DNA from: Azoarcus sp.
Lineage (GTDB): Bacteria; Pseudomonadota; Gammaproteobacteria; Burkholderiales; Rhodocyclaceae
Assembly: GCA_023230755.1 (NCBI GenBank)
Contig: JALNWS010000001.1
Location: 1 to 48,314 of the forward strand
Reading direction: 5' to 3'
Length of the DNA: 48,314 nucleotides
Shown: piece by piece, positions 9,225-19,560 of the stretch
Layout: every line of letters starts with the position of its first letter
How positions within the stretch are numbered: the stretch's first letter is position 1
Notes under the pieces: model-generated
Seen by the model: the letters and a program-made list of their open reading frames with translations, nothing else
Told to the model about the DNA's origin: nothing
Databases searched by the model: none
Translations under genes and position numbers: made by a program

Positions 9225-10415
9225 TCAAAGACGTTCGACAATGGTGGCGGTCGCCATGCCATGCCCGATACACATCACCTGCAGCCCGAAACAGCCGTCC
9301 ACGTGCGCCAGACCGCTCAACATCTTGGACATCAGCCCCGCCCCCGAGCCGCCCAGCGGATGACCGTGGGCAATCGCACCGCCCCAGGGATTGAGCCGTT
9401 CCATATCGGGCTCGAATTCACGCGCAAAGCACAGCGCCACACTTGCGAAGGCTTCGTTCACCTCTATCCAGTCGAGGTCCCGGATTGACAGCCCCGCCAC
9501 CTCAAGCGCACGGTGCGTTGCCGCGAGCACACCAGTAAGCTGCATCACCGGGTCGGAGCCGAGTACCACACGAGCACGAAACCGCGCCTGCGGTGCCAAG
9601 CCAAACGCATCCGCCGCCGCGCGGCTTCCGACCAGCACCGCACCCGCACCATCGGACATCTGGCTGGCATTGGCAGCGGTAATCACACCGGTGTCCGCAC
9701 TGCGAAACACGGGCGGCATCTTCGTCATGCGATCCTTGTCGATCACTGCACGGATCCCTTCGTCGTGGGCCAGCACGATCGGATTTCCATCCTTGTCCAC
9801 CCCGGGCACGGGCACGATCTCGCGATGCACACCTCCCGCTCGCGCGGCCTCGGCGCGACGGTGGCTCTCGATTGCGTAAGCGTCGAGTTCAGCGCGCCCG
9901 AGCGACCACTGCTCGGCAATGCGTTCTGCACTCTCGACCTGGTGCGGAATCGGATAGCTCGCAGTCAGATCAGGATGAAGGCCATCAAAACCACTAAAAT
10001 CTCTGCGCCCCAGCGTCAGATCGAGGAACATCGGCACCCGGCTCATGCTTTCGACCCCGCATCCTATGGCGAAGTCGAGGTCGCCCGCGGCCACTGCCTG
10101 CGCTGCCGCATGCACCGCATACTGACTCGAGCCGCACATGCGGTTCATCGCGACACCTGGCACCGCAGGCGGCAATCCGGCCAGCAACAAGGCTTGACGC
10201 GCAATGTTGGCGCCCTGTTCGCCTGCCTGGCTGACGCACCCGGCAAGCACGTCGCCAACCTGCGTAGCCGGCAAGCCCGTGCGTGTCAGCACGGCATCAA
10301 TCACCGTTGCCAGCAGCACGTCGGGGCGCATTTCGCGCAGCGCCCCGCCACGGCGGCCGAAAGGGGAGCGCACGGCCCCAAGAATCAACGGTTCGTCAGG
10401 TAGTGTTGCAGTCAT
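9225..10415 (-). CDS. Thiolase (acetyl-CoA C-acyltransferase)
   Basis: NRMCGSS, NEAF, GGAIAHGHPLG, MCIGHG catalytic motifs. Confidence 0.93.
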   Translation of the reverse strand: MTATLPDEPLILGAVRSPFGRRGGALREMRPDVLLATVIDAVLTRTGLPATQVGDVLAGCVSQAGEQGANIARQALLLAGLPPAVPGVAMNRMCGSSQYAVHAAAQAVAAGDLDFAIGCGVESMSRVPMFLDLTLGRRDFSGFDGLHPDLTASYPIPHQVESAERIAEQWSLGRAELDAYAIESHRRAEAARAGGVHREIVPVPGVDKDGNPIVLAHDEGIRAVIDKDRMTKMPPVFRSADTGVITAANASQMSDGAGAVLVGSRAAADAFGLAPQARFRARVVLGSDPVMQLTGVLAATHRALEVAGLSIRDLDWIEVNEAFASVALCFAREFEPDMERLNPWGGAIAHGHPLGGSGAGLMSKMLSGLAHVDGCFGLQVMCIGHGMATATIVERL

Positions 10416-10430
10416 TGCAGATCTCCTTGT

Positions 10431-11567
10431 TCAGGCCCGCTGCATTTCGCGGGCAATGATGTTGCGCTGGATTTCACTGCTGCCTTCGTAGATCTGCAGC
10501 ACTTTGGCGTCGCGAAACAACTTCTCCACCGGGTATTCGGTGGAGTAACCCATCCCCCCAAAAATCTGCACCGCTTCGGTCGCCGCCCACATTGCGGCGT
10601 CCGCAGCGAAAGCTTTTGCAATGGAGGCCTGGGTGGTATTGGGACGGCCCTGATCGACCAGCCACGCCGCCTGATAGGTAAGCAGACGGGCGGCCTCAAG
10701 ACGCATGCGCATCTCCGCGAGCTTGTGCGCCACAGCCTGGTGTTCCATCAGCTTCCGCCCCATCGAGCTGCGTTCGCACGCGTATGCCAGCGCCTCGTCG
10801 ATGCAGCGTTCAATCAGGCCAACACCGAATGCCGCCACCATCGGTCGCGAGTGGTCAAACACCGTCATGGCCAGCGAAAAACCGCTCCCTTCTTCCCCCA
10901 GACGCAGCGACTCGGGCACAAACACATCGTCCAGAAAAACCTCGGAGGTCGGCGCCGCACGCTGGCCGAGCTTGCTCAACGGTGTGCCGACGCTCAAACC
11001 TGCGCTGTCGTGCGGGACGATGAATGCAGTCATGCCACGGTGCCCGGCGCCCGGATCCGTCTTCGCGAAAACGACAAAGAACTCGGCCAGGGTCGCATTC
11101 GAGATCCAGATCTTGCTGCCGTTCAGCCGGTATCCGCCGCTTACGCGGTCAGCACGGGTGCGAATGCCGGCGACATCCGATCCGGCAGCGGGCTCGGTCA
11201 GCGCGAAGCTTGCCAGCGCCCCATCGGCAGCTTTGCCGAGAAAACGCGTCCGCTGCTCCAGCGTTCCCGCAACCACGATCGGTTCAAGGGCAAGCGCGTT
11301 CACGCACAGCGCGGTGCCGATGCCCAGGCAGCCGTGGCACAGGGCCTCGGTCACCAGAACAAGCTCCAGGCACCCCAGCCCGGCGCCGCCAAACTCCTCG
11401 GGCAGATTGACGTTGGCCAGACCAAGCTCCACCGCACGCCGATGCAGGTCCGGCGGCAATTCACCACTGCGGTCAGCCGCGGCCGCCAGCGGCACGATCT
11501 CGCGCTGCGCGAAGGTGCGTGCGAGCTCCCGGATCTGACGCTGCTGTTCATCAAGTTCAAAATTCAT
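10431..11567 (-). CDS. Acyl-CoA dehydrogenase
   Basis: FALTEPAAGSD, NGSKIWISN, QIFGGMGY, QIYEGSSEIQR. Confidence 0.93.
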   Translation of the reverse strand: MNFELDEQQRQIRELARTFAQREIVPLAAAADRSGELPPDLHRRAVELGLANVNLPEEFGGAGLGCLELVLVTEALCHGCLGIGTALCVNALALEPIVVAGTLEQRTRFLGKAADGALASFALTEPAAGSDVAGIRTRADRVSGGYRLNGSKIWISNATLAEFFVVFAKTDPGAGHRGMTAFIVPHDSAGLSVGTPLSKLGQRAAPTSEVFLDDVFVPESLRLGEEGSGFSLAMTVFDHSRPMVAAFGVGLIERCIDEALAYACERSSMGRKLMEHQAVAHKLAEMRMRLEAARLLTYQAAWLVDQGRPNTTQASIAKAFAADAAMWAATEAVQIFGGMGYSTEYPVEKLFRDAKVLQIYEGSSEIQRNIIAREMQRA

Positions 11568-12429
11568 TTCTAGCCCTCGTCATTTCACCTTTCACATCCG
11601 GCTTCACTGCACCCCCCGCGCCATCCCCGAAGCAGGGCGTGCGACGCTCGAGGAAGGCGCGTACGCCCTCGGCAAAGTCGGCCGTCCTTGCAGCCTCGGC
11701 AAACGTCGCCTGCTCACGCGCCATCGCGCTGGCCAGGTCGACATCGAAGGCCGCGCGCAACATCGCCTTGGTCTGCGCCTGGGCAAACGCCGGCCCACGC
11801 GCAAGTTGCCGCGCTGTTCGCATTCCGCATTCATCGAGCTGATCCGCAGCGACGACCTCCGTGACCAGGCCGGCTGCGAGCGCTGCTGGCGCATCCATGG
11901 CCGTGTTCAGCAGCGCCATGGCGAGCGCACGCTGCATCCCCAGAGTGCGCGGCAGGTGCCAGCTCGCACCACCGTCCGGGGTCGCCCCGAGCGCACCGTA
12001 AGCGAACATGAAGCGGGTATCGGCGGCGGCGATGAGCAGATCGCAGGCCATCGCCAGCGACCAGCCGAAGCCGGCAACGGTTCCGCGCACCAGGCCCAGA
12101 ACTGGACATGGCAAGCGCCCCAGCGCTGCCACGAGTGCATGCACCGTGGTGAGCAAGGCGTCGAACTCGGCGTGCGCAACGCCGGGTTCGCCCTCAAGCA
12201 ACGCGCCAAACCGGTGCACATCGCCACCCGCCATGAAGTGCGCGCCACTGCTGCGCAACACCACCACACGGACCCCAGGATCGGACTCCACAGCCTGGAC
12301 GGCACGGTAGAGCGCGACGGCCAGTGCGAGGTCGATGGCATTTCGCGTGGCTGGGCAGGCAATGGTCAGGAACACCACGCCCTCTTCACGGCGCACGCTC
12401 AACAAGGTCGCCTGTGCATCCTCAGTCAT
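11557..12429 (-). CDS. Enoyl-CoA hydratase/isomerase (crotonase family)
   Basis: FMAGGDV, GTVAGFGWSLAMACDL, PDGGASW, DFAEGVRAFLERR. Confidence 0.88.
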   Translation of the reverse strand: MTEDAQATLLSVRREEGVVFLTIACPATRNAIDLALAVALYRAVQAVESDPGVRVVVLRSSGAHFMAGGDVHRFGALLEGEPGVAHAEFDALLTTVHALVAALGRLPCPVLGLVRGTVAGFGWSLAMACDLLIAAADTRFMFAYGALGATPDGGASWHLPRTLGMQRALAMALLNTAMDAPAALAAGLVTEVVAADQLDECGMRTARQLARGPAFAQAQTKAMLRAAFDVDLASAMAREQATFAEAARTADFAEGVRAFLERRTPCFGDGAGGAVKPDVKGEMTRARNEF

Positions 12430-12740
12430 GACCCACCTCCCGGAGAACGCCGGTCGGGCATTCCTCAGCGCCCGTCATGCTGGTATCCATGCGCATCTCG
12501 TGCGCTCCGCCCCCTGCACTCGAAACGCGTCCAGCGACGAGCGGATCTGTGCGATAGCTGCCAATCCTCTTCACCAGTTTTCCTCCGTCCGATTCCGTGG
12601 GTTCCGCCAAACCCATTCCAATGAGCTTGTTTTGTTGCAGATATTAGAACCCTGACGGAAAATCGAAATGACACAGCCTGCCGATTACTTTGCATAACCT
12701 GCCATTCCGACAGACGCATTTTCGCGACCGGACACGTACG

Positions 12741-13754
12741 ATGAACAACCGCTCGACCACGATCCCGATCCGCTTCGTCAGCGGCTTGCTTGACTGCCTC
12801 GGTCTGCATCTCGACCGCGGACTGGCGCAGGTCGCGCGCGCGGGTATTGCGCCCGCGCTGCTCACGGAGGAGAACGGACGCGTCACGGTGCAGCAGTTCG
12901 GCGCGTTCTACCGCCTGCTCGCAGCCGAGATCGACGACGAGACCCCGGCGCTGTTCTCCCGCCCCTTGCGCGGCGGCACCCTGAAATTCCTGTGCCTGGG
13001 CCTTCTCAACGCAAGCAACCTGCGTGTCGCCTTGCATCGTTTCGGTGGCTTTTTCCGCATCATCCTCGACGACTTGCGCTTTGAGACATCCGAGCGCAAT
13101 GGCGTCTTGCGCATCGCGCTGGTCGAGTACCGCGACCTCGGTCCGCAGCGCGTGTTGAAGCTGGAACTGATGCTGATGCTGGTACAGGGCGTGGCCTCGT
13201 GGCTGATCGAACGCAGAATCGAGTTTTCGTCCATCGAACTGGCCTACCCAAAACCGGCACATGCGGCCGAATACGGTCACATGTATGCCGGCCCCACCCG
13301 TTTCGACCAGGCGGTGACAGCCCTTCACATTGAGAGGCACTACCTCACCACACCGATACGGCAGGACAAGGCGGCACTCAGCACTTTCCTGAGCAATGCG
13401 CCGACAGACTGGATTTATGTGTCGATCAATGCACGCCCGACCACCCACCGCGTGCGCGATTATCTGGAGGCTCACCTCGACCGCGCACTCACCGTTGATC
13501 AGGTGGCCCGGGCACTGCACACTTCATCGCGCACTCTGGCCCGACGGCTCGCGGCCGAGGGCTCGAACTTCCAGGCAGTCAAAGACACATTGCGTCGCGA
13601 CGTCGCTATCGCCAGACTGGCACGCAGCCGCGAGCCAGTCAGCGTGATCGGCGAAGCCCTCGGTTTCGAAGACCCGACAGCCTTCAACCGCGCATTCAAG
13701 CACTGGACCGGCAACACCCCAAGCGCCTATCGACGGCCCGGCAGCCCGAACTAA
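12741..13754 (+). CDS. AraC-family transcriptional regulator, divergent from the beta-oxidation operon
   Basis: C-terminal double HTH (SSRTLARRLAAEG...LGFEDPTAFNRAFKHWTGNTPSAYR); start taken at MNNRS. Confidence 0.9.
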   Translation: MNNRSTTIPIRFVSGLLDCLGLHLDRGLAQVARAGIAPALLTEENGRVTVQQFGAFYRLLAAEIDDETPALFSRPLRGGTLKFLCLGLLNASNLRVALHRFGGFFRIILDDLRFETSERNGVLRIALVEYRDLGPQRVLKLELMLMLVQGVASWLIERRIEFSSIELAYPKPAHAAEYGHMYAGPTRFDQAVTALHIERHYLTTPIRQDKAALSTFLSNAPTDWIYVSINARPTTHRVRDYLEAHLDRALTVDQVARALHTSSRTLARRLAAEGSNFQAVKDTLRRDVAIARLARSREPVSVIGEALGFEDPTAFNRAFKHWTGNTPSAYRRPGSPN

Positions 13755-13872
13755 AACGCGAACAAGACCCGGCTCCGGCAAGATCGGCTCGCGCCGTGCC
13801 GGCCTCACGGGGTAAGATCGCCCCCTTTCCGGCCCATCGCCGTGATATCCGCCTGACCCTCGCCTACTCCCG

Positions 13873-16200
13873 ATGAGCAACGACAACTCCAATCCGTTCG
13901 GCGATTCCGCCGCCCTGCCTCCGGCAGACCTCCCTCCTGTTGACGACGGTACGCTCGCCCTCGACCACTATGCCGAGCGCGCCTATCTCGCGTATGCAAT
14001 GAGCGTGGTGAAGTCACGCGCCCTGCCCCAGGTCGAAGACGGCATGAAGCCGGTGCAGCGCCGCATTCTCTACGCCATGAGCGAAATGCGGCTGTCGTCG
14101 ACGTCCAAGCATGTGAAGTCGGCGCGTGTGGTCGGCGATGTGATCGGTAAATACCACCCCCACGGCGACACCTCGGTGTACGACGCGATGGTGCGCGTGG
14201 CGCAGGACTTTTCTCTGCGCTATCCGCTGGTCGACGGTCAGGGCAACTTTGGCTCGCGCGACGGCGACTCAGCCGCCGCGATGCGCTACACCGAATGCCG
14301 CCTGACGCCGATTGCCGAGCTCCTGCTGTCCGAGATCGATCGTGGCACGGTCGATTTCATTCCCAACTACGACGGTGCCTTTGAAGAGCCGCAGCTGCTG
14401 CCGGCACGCCTGCCTTTCGTGCTGCTCAACGGCGCATCGGGCATCGCAGTCGGCATGGCCACCGAAATTCCGCCACACAATCTGCGTGAGGTGGCCGAGG
14501 CCACGTGCCACCTGATCCGCAACCCCGAGGCCGGGCTTGAGGATGTACTCGAACGCATGCCCGGGCCGGACTTCCCCGGCGGCGGCCAGCTCATCTCCAC
14601 GCCAGAGGCGATTCGTGACGCTTACACCGGCGGCCGTGGCAGCCTGCGCATGCGTGCACGCTGGCGCATCGAGGAGCTCGCCCGTGGCCAGTGGCGCGTC
14701 ATCGTCGAACAACTGCCGCATGGCGTATCGGCCTCGCAGGTGCTGGCCGAGATCGAAACCCTGACCAACCCGCAGCCGCGCGCCGGCAAAAAGGAAGTCA
14801 GTCAGGAACAGAAGAACCTCAAACAGTTGGTGCTGGGTGCGGTGGAAACCGTGCGCGATGAATCGAGCGACAAATCGCCGATCCGCATCATGCTCGAACC
14901 ACGTTCCAGCCGGCAGAGCCGCGACGAGTTCATGGCGGTGCTGCTCGCACACACCAGCCTGGAGACCTCGGTTTCGGTCAACATGACCATGATCGGCCGC
15001 GATGGCCGGCCACAGCAGAAAAACCTGGTGCAGGTGCTGCGCGAGTGGATCGACTTCCGCTACGTCACTGTCGAGCGCCGCACCCGGCACCGGCTGGACG
15101 AAGTGGATCGGCGCATCCACATCCTCGAAGGCCGCATGATCGCCTTCATCCATATCGAGGAAGTGATCCGCGTCATCCGCGAATCGGACGAACCGAAGCC
15201 GGCCCTGATCGCCGCCTTCGGCCTCACCGACATTCAGGCCGAGGACATCCTCGAGATCCGCCTGCGTCAGCTCGCGCGACTGGAAGGTTTCAAGATCGAG
15301 AAGGAACTGGGCGAGCTGCGCGATGAGCGCGCCGGCCTGCAGCACATCCTCGACAACCGTTCGGCGATGACCAAGCTGATCCTGAAGGAGATCCAGGACG
15401 ACGCGAAGAAATACGGCGACGACCGCCGCACTCTGATCGAAACCGTAGCGCCAGTCGCTCCGGCAGAGATCAGCGTACCCGACGAACCGATTACCGTAAT
15501 CCTTTCCAGAAACGGCTGGATTCGTTCGCGTCATGGTCACGGCATCGACCCCGCATCGATCAGCTACAAGGCGGGCGACTTCGGCTTCGCGCTGCTCGAG
15601 ACGCGCACGACGTGGCCGCTCATCGTCATCGACACGCGCGGCCGCGCCTATACCGTCAAGGCTGCCGAACTGCCCGGCGGACGTGGTGACGGCGTACCAA
15701 TCGCCACCCTGGTGGAGTTCCAGGACGGTGGCAAGCCGGCCCAGGTCGTGGCCGACGCCCCGGAGACACAGTATTTCTTTGCCAACAGCGGCAGCTACGG
15801 TTTCATCTGCAGCGTGGGTGATGCCACCAGCCGCCAGCGTGCAGGCAAAGCCTTCATGGCGCTGGAAAAGGGCGAAACCGTGTTGCGCCCGGCGCGCGTG
15901 CAGGGCGACTGGATTGCCGCCGCATCGGCAGGCGGCCGTGTGCTGGTGTTCCCGCGCGCCGAGATGAAAGTACAGTCAGGCGGACGCGGGGTTATCGTGA
16001 TGGGCATGGACGAAGGCGAGACCCTGGTTGCAGTCGCGGTGCCTGCCGACGATGCAGTCCTGACGGTCGAGGGCATTGGCCGCGGCAGCAAGCAGACTTC
16101 GGTCACGCTCAAGCCGGCTCAGCGTGAAACCATGCGTCACCGCCGTGCGCGCAAGGGCATGCAGCTCGCGATCCGGCTCAAGCCGGAAAACATGGTCTGA
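13873..16200 (+). CDS. parC: DNA topoisomerase IV subunit A
   Basis: [39 protein letters not shown] active-site Tyr; no GyrA box seen. Confidence 0.97.
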   Translation: MSNDNSNPFGDSAALPPADLPPVDDGTLALDHYAERAYLAYAMSVVKSRALPQVEDGMKPVQRRILYAMSEMRLSSTSKHVKSARVVGDVIGKYHPHGDTSVYDAMVRVAQDFSLRYPLVDGQGNFGSRDGDSAAAMRYTECRLTPIAELLLSEIDRGTVDFIPNYDGAFEEPQLLPARLPFVLLNGASGIAVGMATEIPPHNLREVAEATCHLIRNPEAGLEDVLERMPGPDFPGGGQLISTPEAIRDAYTGGRGSLRMRARWRIEELARGQWRVIVEQLPHGVSASQVLAEIETLTNPQPRAGKKEVSQEQKNLKQLVLGAVETVRDESSDKSPIRIMLEPRSSRQSRDEFMAVLLAHTSLETSVSVNMTMIGRDGRPQQKNLVQVLREWIDFRYVTVERRTRHRLDEVDRRIHILEGRMIAFIHIEEVIRVIRESDEPKPALIAAFGLTDIQAEDILEIRLRQLARLEGFKIEKELGELRDERAGLQHILDNRSAMTKLILKEIQDDAKKYGDDRRTLIETVAPVAPAEISVPDEPITVILSRNGWIRSRHGHGIDPASISYKAGDFGFALLETRTTWPLIVIDTRGRAYTVKAAELPGGRGDGVPIATLVEFQDGGKPAQVVADAPETQYFFANSGSYGFICSVGDATSRQRAGKAFMALEKGETVLRPARVQGDWIAAASAGGRVLVFPRAEMKVQSGGRGVIVMGMDEGETLVAVAVPADDAVLTVEGIGRGSKQTSVTLKPAQRETMRHRRARKGMQLAIRLKPENMV

Positions 16201-16210
16201 GCGATCCGGA

Positions 16211-17074
16211 TCAGCCCGGCCCGACGGGCTCGATCGGCGGCAGGATGGAGCGGAGCGGATCGTTGGCCGGAATGACACCGGGCGCCGCTGGCGGGGCTTC
16301 TCCGACGCGCGACTCGATCAGGATCGCCACCCGCCGGTTGCGCGAGCGCCCCTCTTCGGTCGCATTGTCCGCAACCGGGCGCTGATCGGCGTAACCGGCA
16401 GCAGTCAGGCGTTCGGGCGCGACACCCGACTCCACGAACAGCCTCACCACCGACGAGGCACGCACCGCCGAAAGCTCCCAGTTGGAGGGAAAGCGGAAGG
16501 TGCTGATCGGGATGTTGTCGGTGTGGCCCTCGATCGTCACCGGAAACGACGCCTGCGCGATCACGCCGGCCACTGCGCGCAAGGCTGCGACCGCCGCCTC
16601 GCCGAGTACCGCCTCACCGGGCGCGAACAACAGGCTGGCATTGATCTCGACGGTGATGCCAAAGGCCCCTTCGGACACGCTGACCTGTCCGTCGCGCGTC
16701 ATCGGCCCGAGAACCCGGCGGATTTCCTCGGCCATGCTGCGCATGCGCTGGGCATTCTTCTGCCGCTCTTCTTCGGCCTTTTTCTCTTCAGCGCTCTGTG
16801 CCTGCGTCTTGGGACGCGCCACCGGGGGCGCAATCGGGGACGTCACCACCGCCACCGGCGGCATGATGACCTGCTGGCCACTCTCGGTTACGTTGACGCT
16901 GCGGAAGGCCTGTACCAGCGAATCCGACAGCACCCGGTACTTGCCTTCGTTGATCGAACTCAACGAATACATCACCACGAAGAACGCAAACAGCAGGGTG
17001 ATGAAGTCGGAGTAGGACACCAGCCAGCGTTCGTGGTTTTCGTGTTCTTCGGGAGCCTTGCGTCGGCGTGCCAT
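16211..17074 (-). CDS. motD: Flagellar stator protein MotD (MotB family)
   Basis: ERWLVSYSDFITLLFAFFVVMY plug with conserved Asp; OmpA-like domain GHTDN...SNWELS.RA...RNRRV. Confidence 0.9.
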   Translation of the reverse strand: MARRRKAPEEHENHERWLVSYSDFITLLFAFFVVMYSLSSINEGKYRVLSDSLVQAFRSVNVTESGQQVIMPPVAVVTSPIAPPVARPKTQAQSAEEKKAEEERQKNAQRMRSMAEEIRRVLGPMTRDGQVSVSEGAFGITVEINASLLFAPGEAVLGEAAVAALRAVAGVIAQASFPVTIEGHTDNIPISTFRFPSNWELSAVRASSVVRLFVESGVAPERLTAAGYADQRPVADNATEEGRSRNRRVAILIESRVGEAPPAAPGVIPANDPLRSILPPIEPVGPG

Positions 17075-17095
17075 GGTGGTTTCCGCTGCGCCCCG

Positions 17096-17836
17096 TCAGA
17101 CCAGGTAGCCCTGCATGCGGCTCTCCACGATCCGCGGATTGTCACCGCTTGCAATGCCCACCAGACCATCGACGAACATCTCGCGCTGGGCTACCAGGGT
17201 TCCGATGTGTGCCTGCAGTTTCTTGGCAATCGGCAGAAAGACCAGGTTTGCGAGCCCGACACCGTAAATGGTGGCGACAAAGGCAACCGCGATCCCTGCA
17301 CCGAGTTTGGACGGATCGGAGAGGTTCTCCATGACATGGATCAACCCCAGCACCGCCCCCAGAATGCCGATGGTCGGCGAGTAGCCGCCGGCGGCCTCCC
17401 AGATCTTGGCCTTTTGCTTGAGCTGTCCTTCCCAGGTATCGATCTCGACCTCGAGCACTTCGCGCAGACGCCCCGGCTCGACACCGTCGACGAGCATCTG
17501 CAGACCGCGTTGCATGAAGGGATCACCCAGACGTTCGATCTGCCCTTCGAGCACGAGCAGCCCTTCCTTGCGCGCGACCGTACTCCACGCCGACACCTGC
17601 TCGATGATGGCCTCGTGACTGCTCATCGGCGGCACGAACACCCACTTGATCATCTTGAGGCCATCGACGAAGACACGCAGCGGACTTTGCAACATGACCG
17701 CACCAACCGTGCCCCCGACCACGATCAGAAACGCGGTGGGCTGCATCAGCGAAGACAGGTGCCCACCCTCAAGCACCTGTCCGATGAGAATGGCGGCCAG
17801 TCCGAGCGTGATGCCAACGAGGCTGATGCTATCCAT
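17096..17836 (-). CDS. motC: Flagellar stator protein MotC (MotA family)
   Basis: ARKEGLLVLE, GGYSPTIGILGAVLGLIHVM, AFVATIYG; start at MDSISLVG (246 aa). Confidence 0.9.
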   Translation of the reverse strand: MDSISLVGITLGLAAILIGQVLEGGHLSSLMQPTAFLIVVGGTVGAVMLQSPLRVFVDGLKMIKWVFVPPMSSHEAIIEQVSAWSTVARKEGLLVLEGQIERLGDPFMQRGLQMLVDGVEPGRLREVLEVEIDTWEGQLKQKAKIWEAAGGYSPTIGILGAVLGLIHVMENLSDPSKLGAGIAVAFVATIYGVGLANLVFLPIAKKLQAHIGTLVAQREMFVDGLVGIASGDNPRIVESRMQGYLV

Positions 17837-17856
17837 GGAGATCCATCCTGTGGCCG

Positions 17857-18633
17857 TCAGGCCCCTGCGGGCGGGTTCTTGGGCGGGCGACCGCGACGCG
17901 CGCCGGGCGTGCTGCCCGACGGGCGCGCACCGACCACCTGCACGCGAAGGCGCGCAATGGCCTGGCTGTGGAGCTGACACACGCGTGACTCGGTCACACC
18001 GAGCACCTCACCGATCTCGCGCAGATTCAGCTCTTCGTCGTAGTACAGCGCCATGATCATCTTTTCGCGCTCGGGCAGCGCCTCGATGGCGCGCACCAGG
18101 CTGGCGCGATTGTCCGCACTCTCAAGCAGTTCCAGCGGATTGGACTCATGCTCGCCGAAATGACGCTCGAGGAAGTCCTCGCCCTCGTCGCGGGCAAAAT
18201 CGTCAAAATAGACCAGCTGATGGCCGCGTGCCTCCTGCAGCATGTGCTGGTATTCCGACAGCGACACGCCAAGGGACTCGGCAAGCTCGGTCTCGCTCGG
18301 CGCACGGCCGTTCTGCTGCTCGAGATCGTTGATGGCTGATTCGATGCGGCGCATGTCGCGGCGCAGGCTGCGCGGCACCCAGTCGTTATCGCGCAGCCCG
18401 TCGAGCATCGCCCCGCGGATGCGCTGTACGGCATAGGTTTCGAACTGCGCACCCATACCCTCTTCGAAGCGGCCGATGGCGTCGAGCAGCCCCATCATGC
18501 CGTTCTGGATCAGATCTTCGACCTCGACACTTGCCGGCAGCCTGGCCATGAGCTGATAGGCAATGCGCTTGACCAGCGGGGCGTAGGACACCACCAGGTG
18601 ATCGGTATCGGGTTGACCGTCAGCGTCGTACAT
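17857..18633 (-). CDS. fliA: RNA polymerase sigma factor FliA (sigma28)
   Basis: PLVKRIAYQLMARLPASVEVEDLIQ, RIRGAMLDGLR..DWVPRS, IGEVLGVTESRVCQLHSQA; start at MYDADG. Confidence 0.95.
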   Translation of the reverse strand: MYDADGQPDTDHLVVSYAPLVKRIAYQLMARLPASVEVEDLIQNGMMGLLDAIGRFEEGMGAQFETYAVQRIRGAMLDGLRDNDWVPRSLRRDMRRIESAINDLEQQNGRAPSETELAESLGVSLSEYQHMLQEARGHQLVYFDDFARDEGEDFLERHFGEHESNPLELLESADNRASLVRAIEALPEREKMIMALYYDEELNLREIGEVLGVTESRVCQLHSQAIARLRVQVVGARPSGSTPGARRGRPPKNPPAGA

Positions 18634-18758
18634 CCATTGGACCTGTATCTTTTTGCGGCGCGATCGTTCGGGTACGACCGCGGGCGCGTTCAAGGAGGTC
18701 CATTTTCCCGCACTGGCGTTCGCATTGCTAGCAGGATAGGTCGGCGGCATCACAATAC

Positions 18759-19559
18759 TCATTCCCTGCGTACCTGCCCGGCCGGCCGGCTACGCGCGAT
18801 GACCGAAAGACGACGCAGGAAGGCGGCTTCCGGCTCGCTCGGCGAGGACATCGACTGCGGCTGCGACAGGCCTTCGGCGATGTCATCGCGCTCGACTTCG
18901 CCCAGCCAGGCCAGCGGCACCCCGACATGGCGGCGCACCAGGGCCTGAAGACTGGAGAAAAAGCGCTCAGCATCGGCCCGGTTGCGGGCACGGCACACGG
19001 CCACATGCAGCGAACCGGCACCGGCCGCCGCAAGCTGCTTGATGACCTGATAGGCTTCGGTCGCACCGCTCGCGCTGGCCTCCGCGACCAGCAGACGACG
19101 TGGTGCGGCGTGCACGAAGGGGGACGGGTCACCGGCCGAGCTTTGCCCGGCATGGATCAGCACGAAACCGGCATGACGGTGAAGCACCCGCAGCGCTTCG
19201 ACCAGACATGCGCGACGTGCATCGTCGAGCAAGGGCAAGGCCAGCGCGGCAGCGGCTGCCGGCACACGTCCGAGCAGTCCTGGCACCGGCTGCAGCAGGC
19301 CGGCCAGGGTCAGACGACCATCGAGCATCTGCAACAGGTCCGGCCCCGCGGGCAGCTCAAGCACGCCGGCCAGGGCCTCGTCACCGGTCGCTTCATCGAG
19401 CAAGAGCACGCGGTGGGCATGGCCTGCAATGCGATGGGCCGCACGCACCGCGTTGTGCGTGCGGTTGCGACCGGTCGCGTACAGTGCAACCACCCCCGGT
19501 GGTGCATGACGGAACAAGCGCCGCAGTCCTGCGGCCTGGTCTTCGCGTCCGTCGATCAT
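18759..19559 (-). CDS. flhG: FlhG/FleN-like MinD-family protein with degenerate P-loop
   Basis: Lies between flhF and fliA; N-terminal DQAAGLR motif; TEAYQVIKQL motif; no KGGVGKT Walker A. Confidence 0.75.
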   Translation of the reverse strand: MIDGREDQAAGLRRLFRHAPPGVVALYATGRNRTHNAVRAAHRIAGHAHRVLLLDEATGDEALAGVLELPAGPDLLQMLDGRLTLAGLLQPVPGLLGRVPAAAAALALPLLDDARRACLVEALRVLHRHAGFVLIHAGQSSAGDPSPFVHAAPRRLLVAEASASGATEAYQVIKQLAAAGAGSLHVAVCRARNRADAERFFSSLQALVRRHVGVPLAWLGEVERDDIAEGLSQPQSMSSPSEPEAAFLRRLSVIARSRPAGQVRRE

Positions 19560-19560
19560 G

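Noticed and set aside
12422-12616. 64-aa minus-strand ORF upstream of the enoyl-CoA hydratase
   Set aside because: No recognisable motif or convincing RBS; probably the leader or promoter region.
2215-13872. Calling the parE-parC interval a mobile element
   Set aside because: No recombinase, att-like direct repeats or marked compositional shift were visible.
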